Of a stretch of DNA of 64,000 nucleotides, positions 34,657-47,400 are shown one piece after another (within the stretch, counting starts at the first letter, position 1; every line of letters begins with the position of its first letter). The notes under the pieces are model-generated. The model was not told where the DNA came from, did no database searches, and worked only from the letters and a program-made list of their open reading frames with translations. The DNA is taken from NCBI RefSeq assembly GCF_009914755.1, contig NC_060925.1; one strand, written 5' to 3'. A program made the translations under genes and the position numbers. The DNA is from the human T2T-CHM13v2.0 reference genome, Homo sapiens.

Positions 34657-37600
34657 TGTTGCAGGAAGTCAGGGACCCCGAATGGAGGGACCGGCTGGAG
34701 CTGCAGCAGAGGAACATAAATTGCAAATATTTCATTTTAATATGGACATTTATCAGTTCCCAAATTAATACTTTTATAATTTCTTATGCCTGCCTTACTT
34801 TAATCTCTTAATCCTGTTATCTTCTTAAGCTGAGGATATAGGTCACCTCAGGACCACTGTGATAATTGTGTTAACTGTACAAATTGATTGTAAAACATGT
34901 GTGTTGGAACAATATGAAATCAGTGCACCTTGAAAAAGAACAGAATAACAGCGATATTTAGGGAACAAGAGAAGACAACCATAAGGTCTGACTGTCCGCA
35001 GGGTCAGGCAAAATAGAGCCATATTTTTCTTCTTGCAGAGAGCCTATAAATGGACATGCAAGTAGGGAAGATATTGCTAAATTCTTTTCCTAGCAAGGAA
35101 TATTAATATTAATACTCTGGGAAAGGAAAGCATTCCTGGGGGGAGGTCTATAAATGGTCGCTTTGGGAATGAATGTCTGTCCTATGCAGTTGAGATAAGG
35201 ACTGAAATACACCCTGGTCTCCTGCAGTACCCTCAGGCTTACTAGGGTGGGGAAAAACCTGGCCCTGGCAAATTTGTGGTCAGACTGGTTCTCTGCTCTT
35301 GAACCCTGTGTTCTGTTGTTTAAGATGTTTATCAAGACAATACATGCACCGCTGAACATAGACCCTTATCAGGAGTTCTATTTTGCCCTTGTCCTGTTTC
35401 CTCAGAAGCATGTGATCTTTGTTCTGCTTTTTGCCCTTTAAAGCATGTGATCTTCCTACCTACCCCCTGTTCGTACACCCCCTCCCCTTTTGCAATCCTT
35501 AATAAAAACTTGCTGGTTTTGAGGCTCGGGCGGGCATTACGGTCCCACTGATATGTGATGTCACCTCCAGCAGCCCAGCTGTAAAATTCCTCTCTTTGTA
35601 CTCTTTCTCTTTATTTCTCAGCCAGCCGACACTTATGGAAAGTAGAAAGAACCTACATTGAAATACTGGGGGCAGGTTCCCCCAATATCTGGTGCACCAA
35701 CATGGTTTTCTTTTTCCTAAGTGCATGTGGGAACCTGATTCCCTTTGGTAGGTGTGGAGAAACGATCATCAGTCCAGTCCTCAGAAACGCTTGTTCGGCT
35801 CCCTGATGATTGGTGAATTTTCTATGTATTGTCTCGGGTAACTATGGGTCACATGGAGTCTAAATATTATGCTTATCTCTGCTATATTAAACTCCTGTTA
35901 AAACAGGGTGGAGTTTGGGTGCCCATGGAAAATATGGTCACCCTATTCAGGGTGTTGGAAGAACACTGTCCTTGGTTTCCTGAAAAGGGAAAATTAGATG
36001 TGGAACTATGGGATCGCGTTGGTGCAAAATTCCAGGAACTGATCCCATCAGGAAATTATGTTCCCTTCACTGTTTGGGGTGATTGGGCCTTGGTATGTGC
36101 CATCCTAACGACATACCAATCCCGTGACCCCCTGCAGTTACCACAGTTTTCTGAATCTGGCGACCTTCTACCTCTTCCACAGCTTTCCTCTCCCACTCGG
36201 GCTTCATTATCTGCTCAGCCTCTCCCTTCACCTACTCCTCCCCCACCTAACGATATTGAGGATTCAATATCTAACTCCGGTGACTTTGGCTTAATGTCAC
36301 CCCCGATGGTCTTATTTCTTTTCATGAAGACCTGATACTTGTAGCTCCCATGGCCCTGACTCGGACAGCTCTGCACCATATCTATGCTAACTCTTCCCTT
36401 TTCAAATCTTTGCAGGCTTTGCCTCCAGAGCCATCTAATGGCTCCAGACCAAACTACAATTTACCTGTAATTCTGCAGGCCCTCCCCCACCGCAGCCCCT
36501 CACCCTCCTGTCATTTCGGTCCCTCAACCAGTCACTTTGCCATTCACTCAACCTGCTTCTCTGTACCCTTCTTCACACATGGACGCCCCTGCCACTCTGG
36601 TTGCACAGGATTTCCCAATAATCACCAGTATGCTTCTGTCTCTTCTGCTCCCCCAATGCACCTTTCTCACACTCTCATACTGGTCTGACCTCCTGAACCT
36701 CAGTTTCCCTTATCTACACATACTTTTACTGTCACTTCTATGCCAACTCCATCTCATGTGCCTGCTCTTGAAACTTCCATGCAATGCTTATTACGCCAGA
36801 ACAAAGAAACAAGTGGATTAGAGGTGTGGGCTTATCCGGTCACGCTGGAACCTCCCAATGCTCAAGGGGTACAAATGCGTTGATATGCACTGCTCAATCT
36901 TACCTTTTCAAAAGAATTCAAGGATGCTTGTGCTCAGTATGGTCCTGCTTCTCCATATGTTAAAATGGCATTACAGACTCTTTGTACTGAGGTCATTTTG
37001 CTTCCTTCAGAATGGGACCTTTTGGCGAAAGCTGTTCTAACTCCATCTCAGCATTTACAATTCTGTACCTGGTGGTCAGAGGAGGCCCGTCTGCAGGCTC
37101 AGCTAAATTGGGTTGATGGCATTCTAATTACTCAGGCTCAGCTCACAGGCTCTGATAATCACTCTGACACTACCGCCCAATTAGACTTTGACGCTCTCAC
37201 CACGGAACAAGTAACAAAGTTGTGTATGAGAGTTTGGGATAAACTAGGTGCCCCAGGCCAAGCTCCTGTTTCTTTTACTACTGTTAAACAGGGTCGCAGT
37301 GAATTACATCCTGATTTTTTGGCTAAATTACAAGATGCTGTTCAAAATCTGTCTCTGATGATTACGCTCAAGGTATTCTCCTTCATATGTTAGCTTTTGA
37401 GAATGCGAACCATGAGTGTAAAGTGGTCATGCGTTCTGTCTAATGACAAAATTTACCTGATCACGAGGTGTGCCTGCATATATTAAAGCTTGTGAAAGCA
37501 TTGGATCAGAGACCCACAAAGCTATTCTGTGGGCACGGGCCATGAAGGATGGCAATCAAACTGGCTTGACTGAATTCTTTTCTTGGAGCCTGCTATAATT

Positions 37601-40600
37601 GTGGTCAACTTCATCATACCCAAAAAAATTGCACTGTTAAAAGCGGCCAAGCCAGCTCAACAAACATGGCCAAATGCTCCTGCTACTGTTTGCCCTCATT
37701 GTCGTAAAGGTAAACACTGGGCAAGTACTTGCCACTCTAAGTCTGATATAGATGGCAATCCCTTGCCACAGAACCAGGGAAATGGGAAGCAGGGCCAGTC
37801 CCAGGCCCCAGTATCAAATGGGACACCTCAGACTCAGACCAATATTGTGTTTCTGCTTCAAGCGGTCCCAATACAGCCCCCAGCACAGGCAAATTTACCT
37901 ACAGCCAACCCAGATGGGTCCCAGTCGCTTCTTCTGTCTCAGTACAATGCTTGTCTACCTCCACAGTAGGGGGCAGGGCGGTCAATCTCTGTAGTACCAC
38001 TCCTCTAAATTTACTACCGAATTCTTTGCCTTTAATTGTCCCCACGGGGGCCACTGGCCCTTTACCTCAAGGTTTGGTGGGCCTGGTGTTAGGTAGGGCA
38101 TCCACCTCTGCTAAAGGTATCATAGTTCATACTGGTCTCATTAATTCTGATTCCTCTGATGAGATTAAAATAATCGTGTCTGCCAAGGTTCCTGTTTCCA
38201 TTCCGGCCAGTGAGTCAATTGCTCAACTACTTTTACTACCTAATATTGTTTTAAACAAAGGAGATAAGACAGGGGGCCCTGGGATGGGCTCTGGCGGTGA
38301 AAAAGCCGCTTATTGGATTAAAGTAATTTCTAAACAACAGCCCACCTGCACCATACATATTAAAGGAAAAAAGTTTGAGGGCCTAGTAGATACTGGGGCT
38401 GATGTTTCTATTATTTCCTCTAATTTATGGCCTTCTTCCTGGCTTAAACATCCCACTAACATGGGACTAGTAAGGGTTGGAAAAGCTGATGAAGTTCACC
38501 AAAGCACATTTATCTTGCCTTGCACTGGGCCTGATGGTCAAAAGGGAACAATTCAGCCTTATATCATGCCAATCCCCATTAATCTTTGGGGTAGACATTT
38601 GCTGGAACAATGGGGGGCTGAAATTAATATTCCACATAACTCTTCTCGTGCTCCCAGTCAACATATAATGGAAAACGTGGGGACTGTTCCTGGACTCAGT
38701 CTCGGTCCAAAACATGAAGGAATTACTAAATTCCTTTATGGTTTAAAAGCATAATTTAACCACTCCCCACTCCCAATTCCATTTAGCATTGTTTACTTTA
38801 AACTTTCTAAATGTTCCTAAAGACAATACTCTGACTGCAGCCGAACACCATTATACAGGCAAAAAATTCTCCCTAAATGAAAGCAAGCCAGTGTTATGGA
38901 AAAACTCCCAGACAAATACCTGGGAACCTGGAACAATTATAATGTGGGGAAGAGGGTATGCTTGTGTTTCACCAGGATATCATCAATCCCCTGTCTGGGT
39001 GCCCACTAGAAGACTTTAACTTCGTGTGAATACTGACAATGAAAAACACAGGGAAGAGATGTCCACGTCAGAGACTGCCCTCATACCTGGTGAGATCTGT
39101 GCCAACTCCTCAAAAACTGGCACACCAAATCAAAATGGATCTCATTCAATCCTCCCTAATGGCAACAGAGACCCCTCTAACTAATCCCACTTCTCCTAAT
39201 TACCTTTCTTTTTCTCCTTACAAACCTGAAAATCTCACCATTTCTATTAGCCTGAAAATAACATCCCTCTGTTCTTCTCTTCCTCCTTCAGCACTGGATC
39301 TCGCTTACAATAGGTTTTATTTAATAATTCTACTCCTTATACTTTCTGTCTCACCAGTTTCCCCTCACACTGATTTGCCTGCTACACAAAATTATTCTTA
39401 TTGGGCTTATGTGCCTTTTCCTCCACTTATTCGACCTCTCACCTGGATGAATGCTCCTGCGGAAATCTACACTAACGATAGTGTGTAGATGCCTGGAGCT
39501 ATAGATGACCATTGCCCTGCTCAACCAGGAGAAGAAGGCACTGCATTTAATGTTACTATGGGTTATAAATACCCTCCTCTGTGCCTCAGACATGCAACTC
39601 GTTGTATCCATCTAGAAACTCAAGTCTGGGCTGCTTATCTTCTGGAGAGATTAGCTACAGGAAAATGGGGACATTTGGTCTCCGGCCTCTCCCTTTGTCC
39701 TTTAAGACAAATGAAAAGGGGAGTAATAGGAGATACCCCATACTTTCAATATAAACCTGTAGGAAAACTATGTCCTAAAAATTTTGAGGGCCCATCTAAA
39801 ACTTTAATTTGGGGAGATTGTGTTAACTCACATGCAGTAGTATTAAAAAATGACTCATATGCTTTAGTAATAGACTGGGCACCAAAGGGCTATTTAAAAA
39901 ACACTTGCTCCTCTGGGGGAGGGGAATTCCTGGAGGCTACTTATTTTATTTCTTATTGGGAGGACGAGGATCATCATCCTACTTTGCATAGGTGGTTCGG
40001 CTCATTCTTTACCTTAAAATGGGAAGATAAGGACATTACCCTCCACCCCCAAGGCCTTGTATGATATTCCCCATTCTGAGCCCAGAACACCCAGAACTTT
40101 CGAAATTGGCTATTGTCATGTCTGGACTGCCAGTATCTGTGATTCTGAACCCCATGATAAATCCCCTTTGAACCTTTTTCCTCTTTTTGATGCCGATCCT
40201 CCTTTACGGGACTCCAATTGGCATTACGATAATTCTTATCGACCCAGGTATGCCCCTCTACTTCTTCAGCATCCCCAGGCACCTCGGTTTGCTTCTTTAT
40301 GGTGGAGAACATCGGGCATTGCCACCGCCGCTCCTCTCCCTCAGTATCAACATAGATTCAAGCATTCTGCTTTGTTTACCTCCAACCTGACTATTCCTAT
40401 ACAGAGTTGTGTTAAGCTTCCTTACATGCTGTTAGTGGCAAATATCAAAATTTGGACAAACAATCAAACTGTCCAATGCATTGTCATTTATACACTTGTG
40501 TTGACTCCCGTTTTGACTCCAGGAAAAGTGTAATGTTGGTTGGAGCTCGAGAAGGAATCTGGATACTGTGTGCCGGACCAGCCAAAGAATCCTGTGTCAA

Positions 40601-41685
40601 AACCGAGAGAACGAATAAGCCTTCATCACCATGGCACATTTATATAAAAAGAAAGGGAGAGATGTTGCGGGAAGTCAGGGACCCCGAATGGAGGGACTGA
40701 CTGGAGCCGCGGCAGAGGAACATAAATTGCAAATATTTCATTTTAATATGGACATTTATCAGTTCCCAAATTATTACTTTTTACATTTCTTACGCCTGTC
40801 TTACTTTAATCTCTTAATCCTGTTATCTTCATAAGCTGAGGATATATGTCACCTCAGGACCACTGTGATAATTGTGTTAACTGTACAAATTGATTGTAAA
40901 ACATGTGTGTTTGCACAATATGAAATCAGTGCACCTTGAAGAAGAACAGAATAACAGTGATTTTTAGGCAACAAGAGAAGACAACCATAAGGTCTGACTG
41001 CGTGCAGGGTCAGGCAAAATAGAGCCATATTTTTCTTCTTGCAGGGAGCCTATAAATGGACATGGAAGTAGGGAAGATATTGCTAAATTCTTTTCCTAGC
41101 AAGGAATATTACTATTAATACTCTGGGAAAGGAATGCATTCCTGGGGGGAGGTCTATAAACGGCCACTCTGGGAATGTCTGTCCTATGCAGTTGAGACAA
41201 GGACTGAAGTACACCCTGGTCTCCTGCAGTACCCTCAGGCTTACTAGGGTGGGGAAAAACCTGGCCCTGGCAAATCTGTGGTCAGACTGGTTCTCTGCTC
41301 TTGAACCCTGTGTTCTGTTGTTTAAGATGTTTATCAAGACAATACGTGCACTGCTGAACATAGACCCTTATCAGGAGTTCTACTTTTGCCCTTGTCCTGT
41401 TTCCTCAGAAGCATGTGATCTCTGTTCTGCTTTTTGCCCCTTAAAGCATGTGATCTTTGTACCTACCCCCCGTTCGTACACCCCCTCCCCTTTTGCAATC
41501 CTTAATAAAAACTTGCTGGTTTTGAGGCTCGGGCCGGCATCACGGTCCTACTGATATGTGATGTCACCCCTGGCGGCCCAGCTGTAAAATTCCTCTCTTT
41601 GTACTCTTTCTCTTTATTTCTCAGCCAGCTGACACTTATGGAAAATAGAACCTATGTTGAAATACTGGGGGCAGTTTCCCCGATA
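34657..41685 (+). mobile_element. HERV-K(HML-8)/MER11 provirus with internal deletions
   Basis: LTRs 34657-35687 and 40663-41685 (TGTTGC.GGAAGTCAGGGACCCCGAA). Lys-like PBS near 35690, PPT near 40647-40662, TSD GCCTT. Broken gag from ATG 35844 with CCHC knuckles; pro 37951-38754; pol reduced to the integrase tail (about 38755-39020); partial env about 39040-40570. Confidence 0.92.
37951..38754 (+). pseudogene. HERV-K pro frame (dUTPase-like region plus aspartic protease), 267 codons open
   Basis: GLVLGRAS..GIIVHTGLINSD (dUTPase motifs), FEGLVDTGADVSII (catalytic DTG), INLWGRHLL. Confidence 0.8.
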
Positions 41686-42789
41686 GCCTTGCTGAGGAAA
41701 TTAAATTTATGTTCAAGTGCTATTTCTTTATGGAACCAAGGAACAAGTATTTCAAACAATACTAATGTAACAGTACTGGTTCTATGTGTTTCAAAATTAT
41801 TATTCTCATGAGTGTTAGCTTTCTTAAAAAATCGTTTTTATCAATTGGATCTAGACATCTTATCTTTCACAGCTCAAGACCCATTAACTCAAAATCATAA
41901 ACTCTTAATGCATAATGAGAAATATAATGATTCCTAGGGCCAGGCACTTGTGTCTGTGCTGGTGCTATTGCCTCAATGCAGGAAAATCTATGTGAGAATT
42001 CACTGTGAGGCCAAAACTGCTTCCTAAACATGGATACCTGCCAGGTATCTGAGCTGGGAGTACTGCCCAGGTCTGGATGGGTGGGGAGTGTTTGCAACAA
42101 GGACTGTGCCTTGCCAGCCTCAGTGACACAGTGTCCAAGTGCCCCAACTTAGCAGCCACCTGCTGACCACCTGATTTCTGTGGCCTAATAGGGATGTGAT
42201 GAAGTCTACCTGTTTACTCAACCCCAAACCACACATTATCCAGGTGGTTTGAAACTTTTTTGATATACTGGGTTCATCCTCTGGAGTCCTAACAATGTTT
42301 TAGCTAATTTACAAAAAAACAAAAACAAAAACAAAAAACAAAAAACTACTTTTTTTGCAGCACAACAGCCTGGTTTACATTGCAAAATGATTTCTCATTA
42401 AAGGTCTATCATCTATTTCCATATATCCATTATTATTTGTAATATCCTTTAAAAAAAGCAGTCAACCCCAGGCTAATCCATTGCACAACTCTTTTGAAAG
42501 TCTTCCTTCTACCTTGAAAGAAGAAAGTTGGCAGGTTGGACATTGTTCTTGCGGAGGTTGTACCATGGGTCACATATCACGGTGTGACTTCAAAGGCCAC
42601 TGGAGCCACCGTCTCATACTGAAGAACACACATGGGTCAGGAGCCAGGTCCAGGTCCGGCCTGGTGGATCTGGAGAGGGGAGAGTCCCTGCCTGTGATCC
42701 TGTGGGGAGCCCTCAGGCTCCTCTCTGGCCACCATCCTCTGACCTCCCTCCTCAGCAGGACAGGGTTCTGGCTTCTCTGAGGGACAGGT

Positions 42790-43450
42790 TCTGTGGCAGG
42801 CCAGGTGTCACTAACACAGGCCTCCATAACAACTGTTTCAGTACTGACTGAGTGATGAAATTAAATATTAAAAGCTGAAAAAAGCCAGTACCTTTATACA
42901 GAGGCTGGATGTAACAAAAGCCCACCAAGAGTTTTGCTTAGGCCTTTCCTGGGCCTTAAAGCATGACAAAACAATGAAGGAATTCTTAACAGGACCTATT
43001 TAGAATTAAACAAGTTTTATTGTGAGTCTGAAGAAACTCCCCAGGCCTCCACAAACAAGTTTACTGGGCATCTGAAGGAACTCCCCAAACCTCCATGATT
43101 TAGCAGGAGACAAGATAAGGGCAATCATCCCCCGCACCTGGACCCATTTAGATTAAGTAACTAGACTGAGGCTCCAGAGTAAGGTCCTCAGGACCCAGAC
43201 CTCAGTTACAGATTAAAGAAGTTAATCACTTATGTCTTTAGATGAATGCACACTTACTTGTAGACATATACCTTAGAAGGTATATATGCTCTGGAAAACT
43301 TTAATTTTGAGTTGGTCTGGTAGTAATTTCCAGGCCTTCTCCCTGTAACTGGTTGCAGAAATAAAACCTCTCTTCCTCCCCATTTGATCTGCATCTCGTT
43401 ATTGGGCCTAGAGAAATAGCAGCCGGACCCTCAGTTTGGTCCGGGAAGTT
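42790..43450 (+). mobile_element. ERV1 (MER4-group) solo LTR upstream of GSTM5
   Basis: LTR-like features: tatatatgct, aataaa near 43360, end cagtttggtccgggaa; subfamily and left boundary uncertain. Confidence 0.5.
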
Positions 43451-43949
43451 CTTCCATCCTCCCTCGCCTGCTCTCTGTGGCCACTGCACTCACTGTTGCT
43501 GTTGCTGTTCCGGTCTCTGTGAGGTTCACCTAGTGGACTGGCTGGACATTTCTAGGGGGCACCTCAGATACCTCACCAACTTGCTGGATCTGATCCTTGG
43601 ATTTCGATTCATAAATTGTGCCAAAATACGAAGTGGCTAATTTACATAGTACTTAGCCAGATGACCGAAGGACTCAGTATCCAAAGGCCCCTAACAGAAA
43701 ACACAGACCACATTTCCTTTACTCTGGCCCTTTTCCTGGGGGTCCTTCCTATACCACTGACACTGTTCCTGTGTAGGCGGGGCTAGAGGGGAGACTAAGC
43801 CCTCGGAGTAGCTTTGGGATCAGAGGAAGTCCTGCTCTTACAGTGACAGGGGCTGAATTAAATTCCCAGGTTGGGGCCACCACTTTTTAGTCTGACCCCT
43901 GCAGCCGGAGTCTCCCAGAGCCCTTGGGAACTGGGCAGCGGAGAGAAGG

Positions 43950-44450
43950 CTGAGGGACACCGCGGGCAGGGAGGAGAAGGGAGAAGAGCTTTGCTCCATT
44001 AGGATCTGGCTGGTGTCTCAAGCGCACAGCCAAGTCGCTGTGGACCTAGCAAGGGCTGGATGGACTCATGGAGCCTCAGGGCGGGTTGGGGAAGCTGTCG
44101 AGGCCGAGCCCCGCTTTGGGCTTCTGGGCGCCCTGACCTCGCTCCCGGAACCCTGGGGACTGGGAGGCGGGAGGGGGCTTATTGATTCCAGCCCCGGGCG
44201 CTCGCTCGGGGGCCTACAGAATGGCGTGTTTCGGGGTTGTGGCGGGCCGAGGGGCGGGGTCGCAGCAAGGCCCCGCCTGTCCCCTCCTGGGCCTCTCAAA
44301 GTCTGAGCCCCGCTCCGCTGATGCCTGTCTGCAGAATCCGCACCAACCAGCACCATGCCCATGACTCTGGGGTACTGGGACATCCGTGGGGTAAGCGAGG
44401 GTCCTCTGGTGGGTGGGACAGGGGGCGGAGGCGGGGATGTGTGGAGTAGC
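43950..44450 (+). promoter_or_regulatory. GSTM5 CpG-rich promoter
   Basis: CpG-rich, GC box GGGGCGGGG near 44251, homologous to the GSTM4 and GSTM2 promoters. Confidence 0.75.
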
Positions 44451-47400
44451 TGCAGGACTGGCTCTAGGGACCGTTCCTCTTCAGGGCTGCCCGCCTCAGA
44501 AGGGCCTGTGCATGACGCTGTGTGTGTGTTTGGGGGTGGGGGCGGGTAGAGGAGGCGACGGGTACGTGCAGTATAGACTAGGGGCTGGCCTGGGGCAGAG
44601 AAAGTCACCAAGTCAGGGACCCTCCATCTCTGACCCGAGCCGCGGGCCATCTCTCCCAGCTGGCCCACGCCATCCGCTTGCTCCTGGAATACACAGACTC
44701 AAGCTATGTGGAAAAGAAGTACACGCTGGGGGACGGTAATGGCACCCTCGTGTCCGGGCCCTGCCCACTCACGCTGAGTTGGCACCAAGCAACCCATGGT
44801 GGCCACCTGTGGCTGCCTCTGCAGGCCTCCCCTGCTGGAGCTGCAGGCTGTCCCTTCCCTGAGCTCCCGTGAGTGAGCCCTCTGGCCTTGCAAGGCAGAA
44901 TGCTGGGGCGGGATGCTGGACACCCTGTCTAATTGGGTTGGGTGTCCCTCAGAGCTTCCCTAAACCCTGGAAGCCTTAGCCGTTGTGGGGTCCAGAGCCC
45001 TCAGTGGGATTCTTTGTCCCTGAACCCTGGGATGTGGGACTGAGTGGTCAGATTCTAGATCCACCTGTCTCAGGGATCTTGCCACTGGCTCCTTGGGAGG
45101 GTCCCCGGGAAGGAGGGCTGGGCTCTGGGGAGGTTTGTTTTCACTTCTTCCCCACCACAGCTCCTGACTATGACAGAAGCCAGTGGCTGAATGAAAAATT
45201 CAAGCTGGGCCTGGACTTTCCCAATGTAGGTGCAGGGGAAGGGGCGGTTTTGGGGGAAAGTGCGACGTGTCTCTGACTGCATCTCCTCTCCCCACCTTAG
45301 AGGTGTTAAGATCAGGAGTCTTCTGCCCAATTCCTCTCACTCTTGGCTGTCTACACAGCCCTTGCATGATGTTCTGTGTCCCAGCTCATTTATTAGTGTG
45401 ACAGTATTTCTATCTCAGGCCTGCCATGAGCAGGCCCTGGTCTCCTCTCTGCCCTTGCATATGGGAAGGGGATGCTGGGGAGCCTGGTGGCCCAACTGAG
45501 CTTCCCCGGTTTCCCATCTATCCAGCTGCCCTACTTGATTGATGGGGCTCACAAGATCACCCAGAGCAATGCCATCCTGCGCTACATTGCCCGCAAGCAC
45601 AACCTGTGTGAGTGTGGGTGGCTGCAATGTGCGGGGGGAAGGTGACCTCCTCCTTGGCTGGGCTGTGATGCTGAGATTGAGTCTGTGTTTTGTGGGTGGC
45701 AGGTGGGGAGACAGAAGAGGAGAAGATTCGTGTGGACATTTTGGAGAACCAGGTTATGGATAACCACATGGAGCTGGTCAGACTGTGCTATGACCCAGAT
45801 TTTGTGAGTCCCACACCCCACTCCCAGTCACCCATTTCCCTGCCTTTTGGCCCAGACCAGGGAGGGACTTCCAAAGTCAGGTCTGTAGCAGACTCCGGCC
45901 AGCTGACTGGAGACGTCTATAACCTGGTTCTCCAAAATGTCCACACGAATCTTCTCCTCTTCTGAAGATTCTTGTGGACATTTTGGAGAACCAGACCACG
46001 GACAACTGGATGCAACTGGTCATGATCTGCTACCACCCAGAGTTTGTGAGTCTCCCCAGTGAGCTGCACCTGGCAGAGTTTGGATTTGGGGCCAGGACTC
46101 TTGCATTCCTGCACGCACTGGTCTTTTCTTAAGTCCTTGGTACCACTCATCCTCCAAGTGCTTTCCCATACTATCAGCAGTTATTCTCACGACTCCAATG
46201 TCATGTCAACAAAAGCAGAGGCAATTCCCACCAATCTTAGGACACGATCCAGGCATCCCACGGTGGAAATTCAATTCCTAGATGGTAAAATTTGTGTTCA
46301 GAATCTCCTTCATCTCCTCTGGCCTCTGGCCTCTGTCATGGGTCATTTCTGTCAGTTGATTTATATCACCTACCTGCTCCTAGAATATACAGACTCAAGT
46401 ACAAGACCAAGGAATGTAATGGCACCCTCAAATTGCATCTTCTCCTCAAAGTTTTCCAAGTGCTGTCATTGACATGCACCGGGATCTGTGCATTTTCATA
46501 ACAGACAGCTCAGAGGCAGCCAGAGGGCCTTTATTCCTCTCCCTCCTTCCTTTCAACTTGAACTTCTCATCTCCCTGGAAACTAGTCAATGTTCATTGTT
46601 TTCTTCTGTCACCCCATTAGAAGGAACTTTCTACTTCTTTCCCTGAGCTCCTTTAGTTCTTTGCATCCTTGATTCTGCCCCTGTCTGGATCCAGAGGCTG
46701 CCAGGTGCTCGGGCGCTCATGCGGCTGACCCAGAGGCTATTGGGAGGCCAGTGAGGACAGATTCAGGAAGAGCATCTCATTCTGATCACTTCAGATAGGG
46801 TCTGGCACCCAGTCAGAGTCTAATAAATGCTGATGTATCCAATTGAAGCCTGGGCACTGCCCCGGTTTTAGTTGTGGGGAAGATGGCTGCTTGCCTGTGG
46901 CCAGCCTGGGCCATCTACAGCCCTGGGGAGGCCACGTCTGTGCAGGGAGCTTTTGTCTGAGGGTGGTGACAGCTGTTTTCTGCCTCAGGAGAAACTGAAG
47001 CCAAAATACTTGGAGGAACTCCCTGAAAAGCTAAAGCTCTACTCAGAGTTTCTGGGGAAGCGGCCATGGTTTGCAGGAGACAAGGTAAAGGAGGAGTGAT
47101 ATGGGGAATGAGATCTGTTTTACTTCATGTGTTTCGGGGTTTTCAGCCCACACATTCTTGGCCTTCTTCAGATCACCTTTGTGGATTTCCTTGCCTATGA
47201 TGTCCTTGACATGAAGCGTATATTTGAGCCCAAGTGCTTGGACGCCTTCCTAAACTTGAAGGACTTCATCTCCCGCTTTGAGGTGATGCCCCCATCCTCC
47301 TTTCTCTTTGATGCCCCTTGTTCCTTTCTCTCCTTTCAGATGCTTTCCCAGTCCTGGAGCTACACAAAGAATAACTCGTATGTATTGAGTACGGGCTTCA

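Larger units (their letters stand above)
34134..41758 (+). mobile_element. LTR10-like solo LTR (34134-34656 plus 41686-41758) split by the HML-8 provirus
   Basis: TG...CA ends, TSD ATAC at 34130-34133 and 41759-41762, empty site visible in the paralog near 5527; family assigned from recall. Confidence 0.75.

Noticed and set aside
39489-40064. 191-aa ORF as a possible co-opted envelope gene
   Set aside because: Fragment of HML-8 env SU with an upstream stop and frameshifts; TM region is missing
47249-47251. GSTM5 Leu where GSTM4 and GSTM2 have Pro (DAFLN versus DAFPN)
   Set aside because: Matches the GSTM5 sequence as I recall it; not a defect of this haplotype
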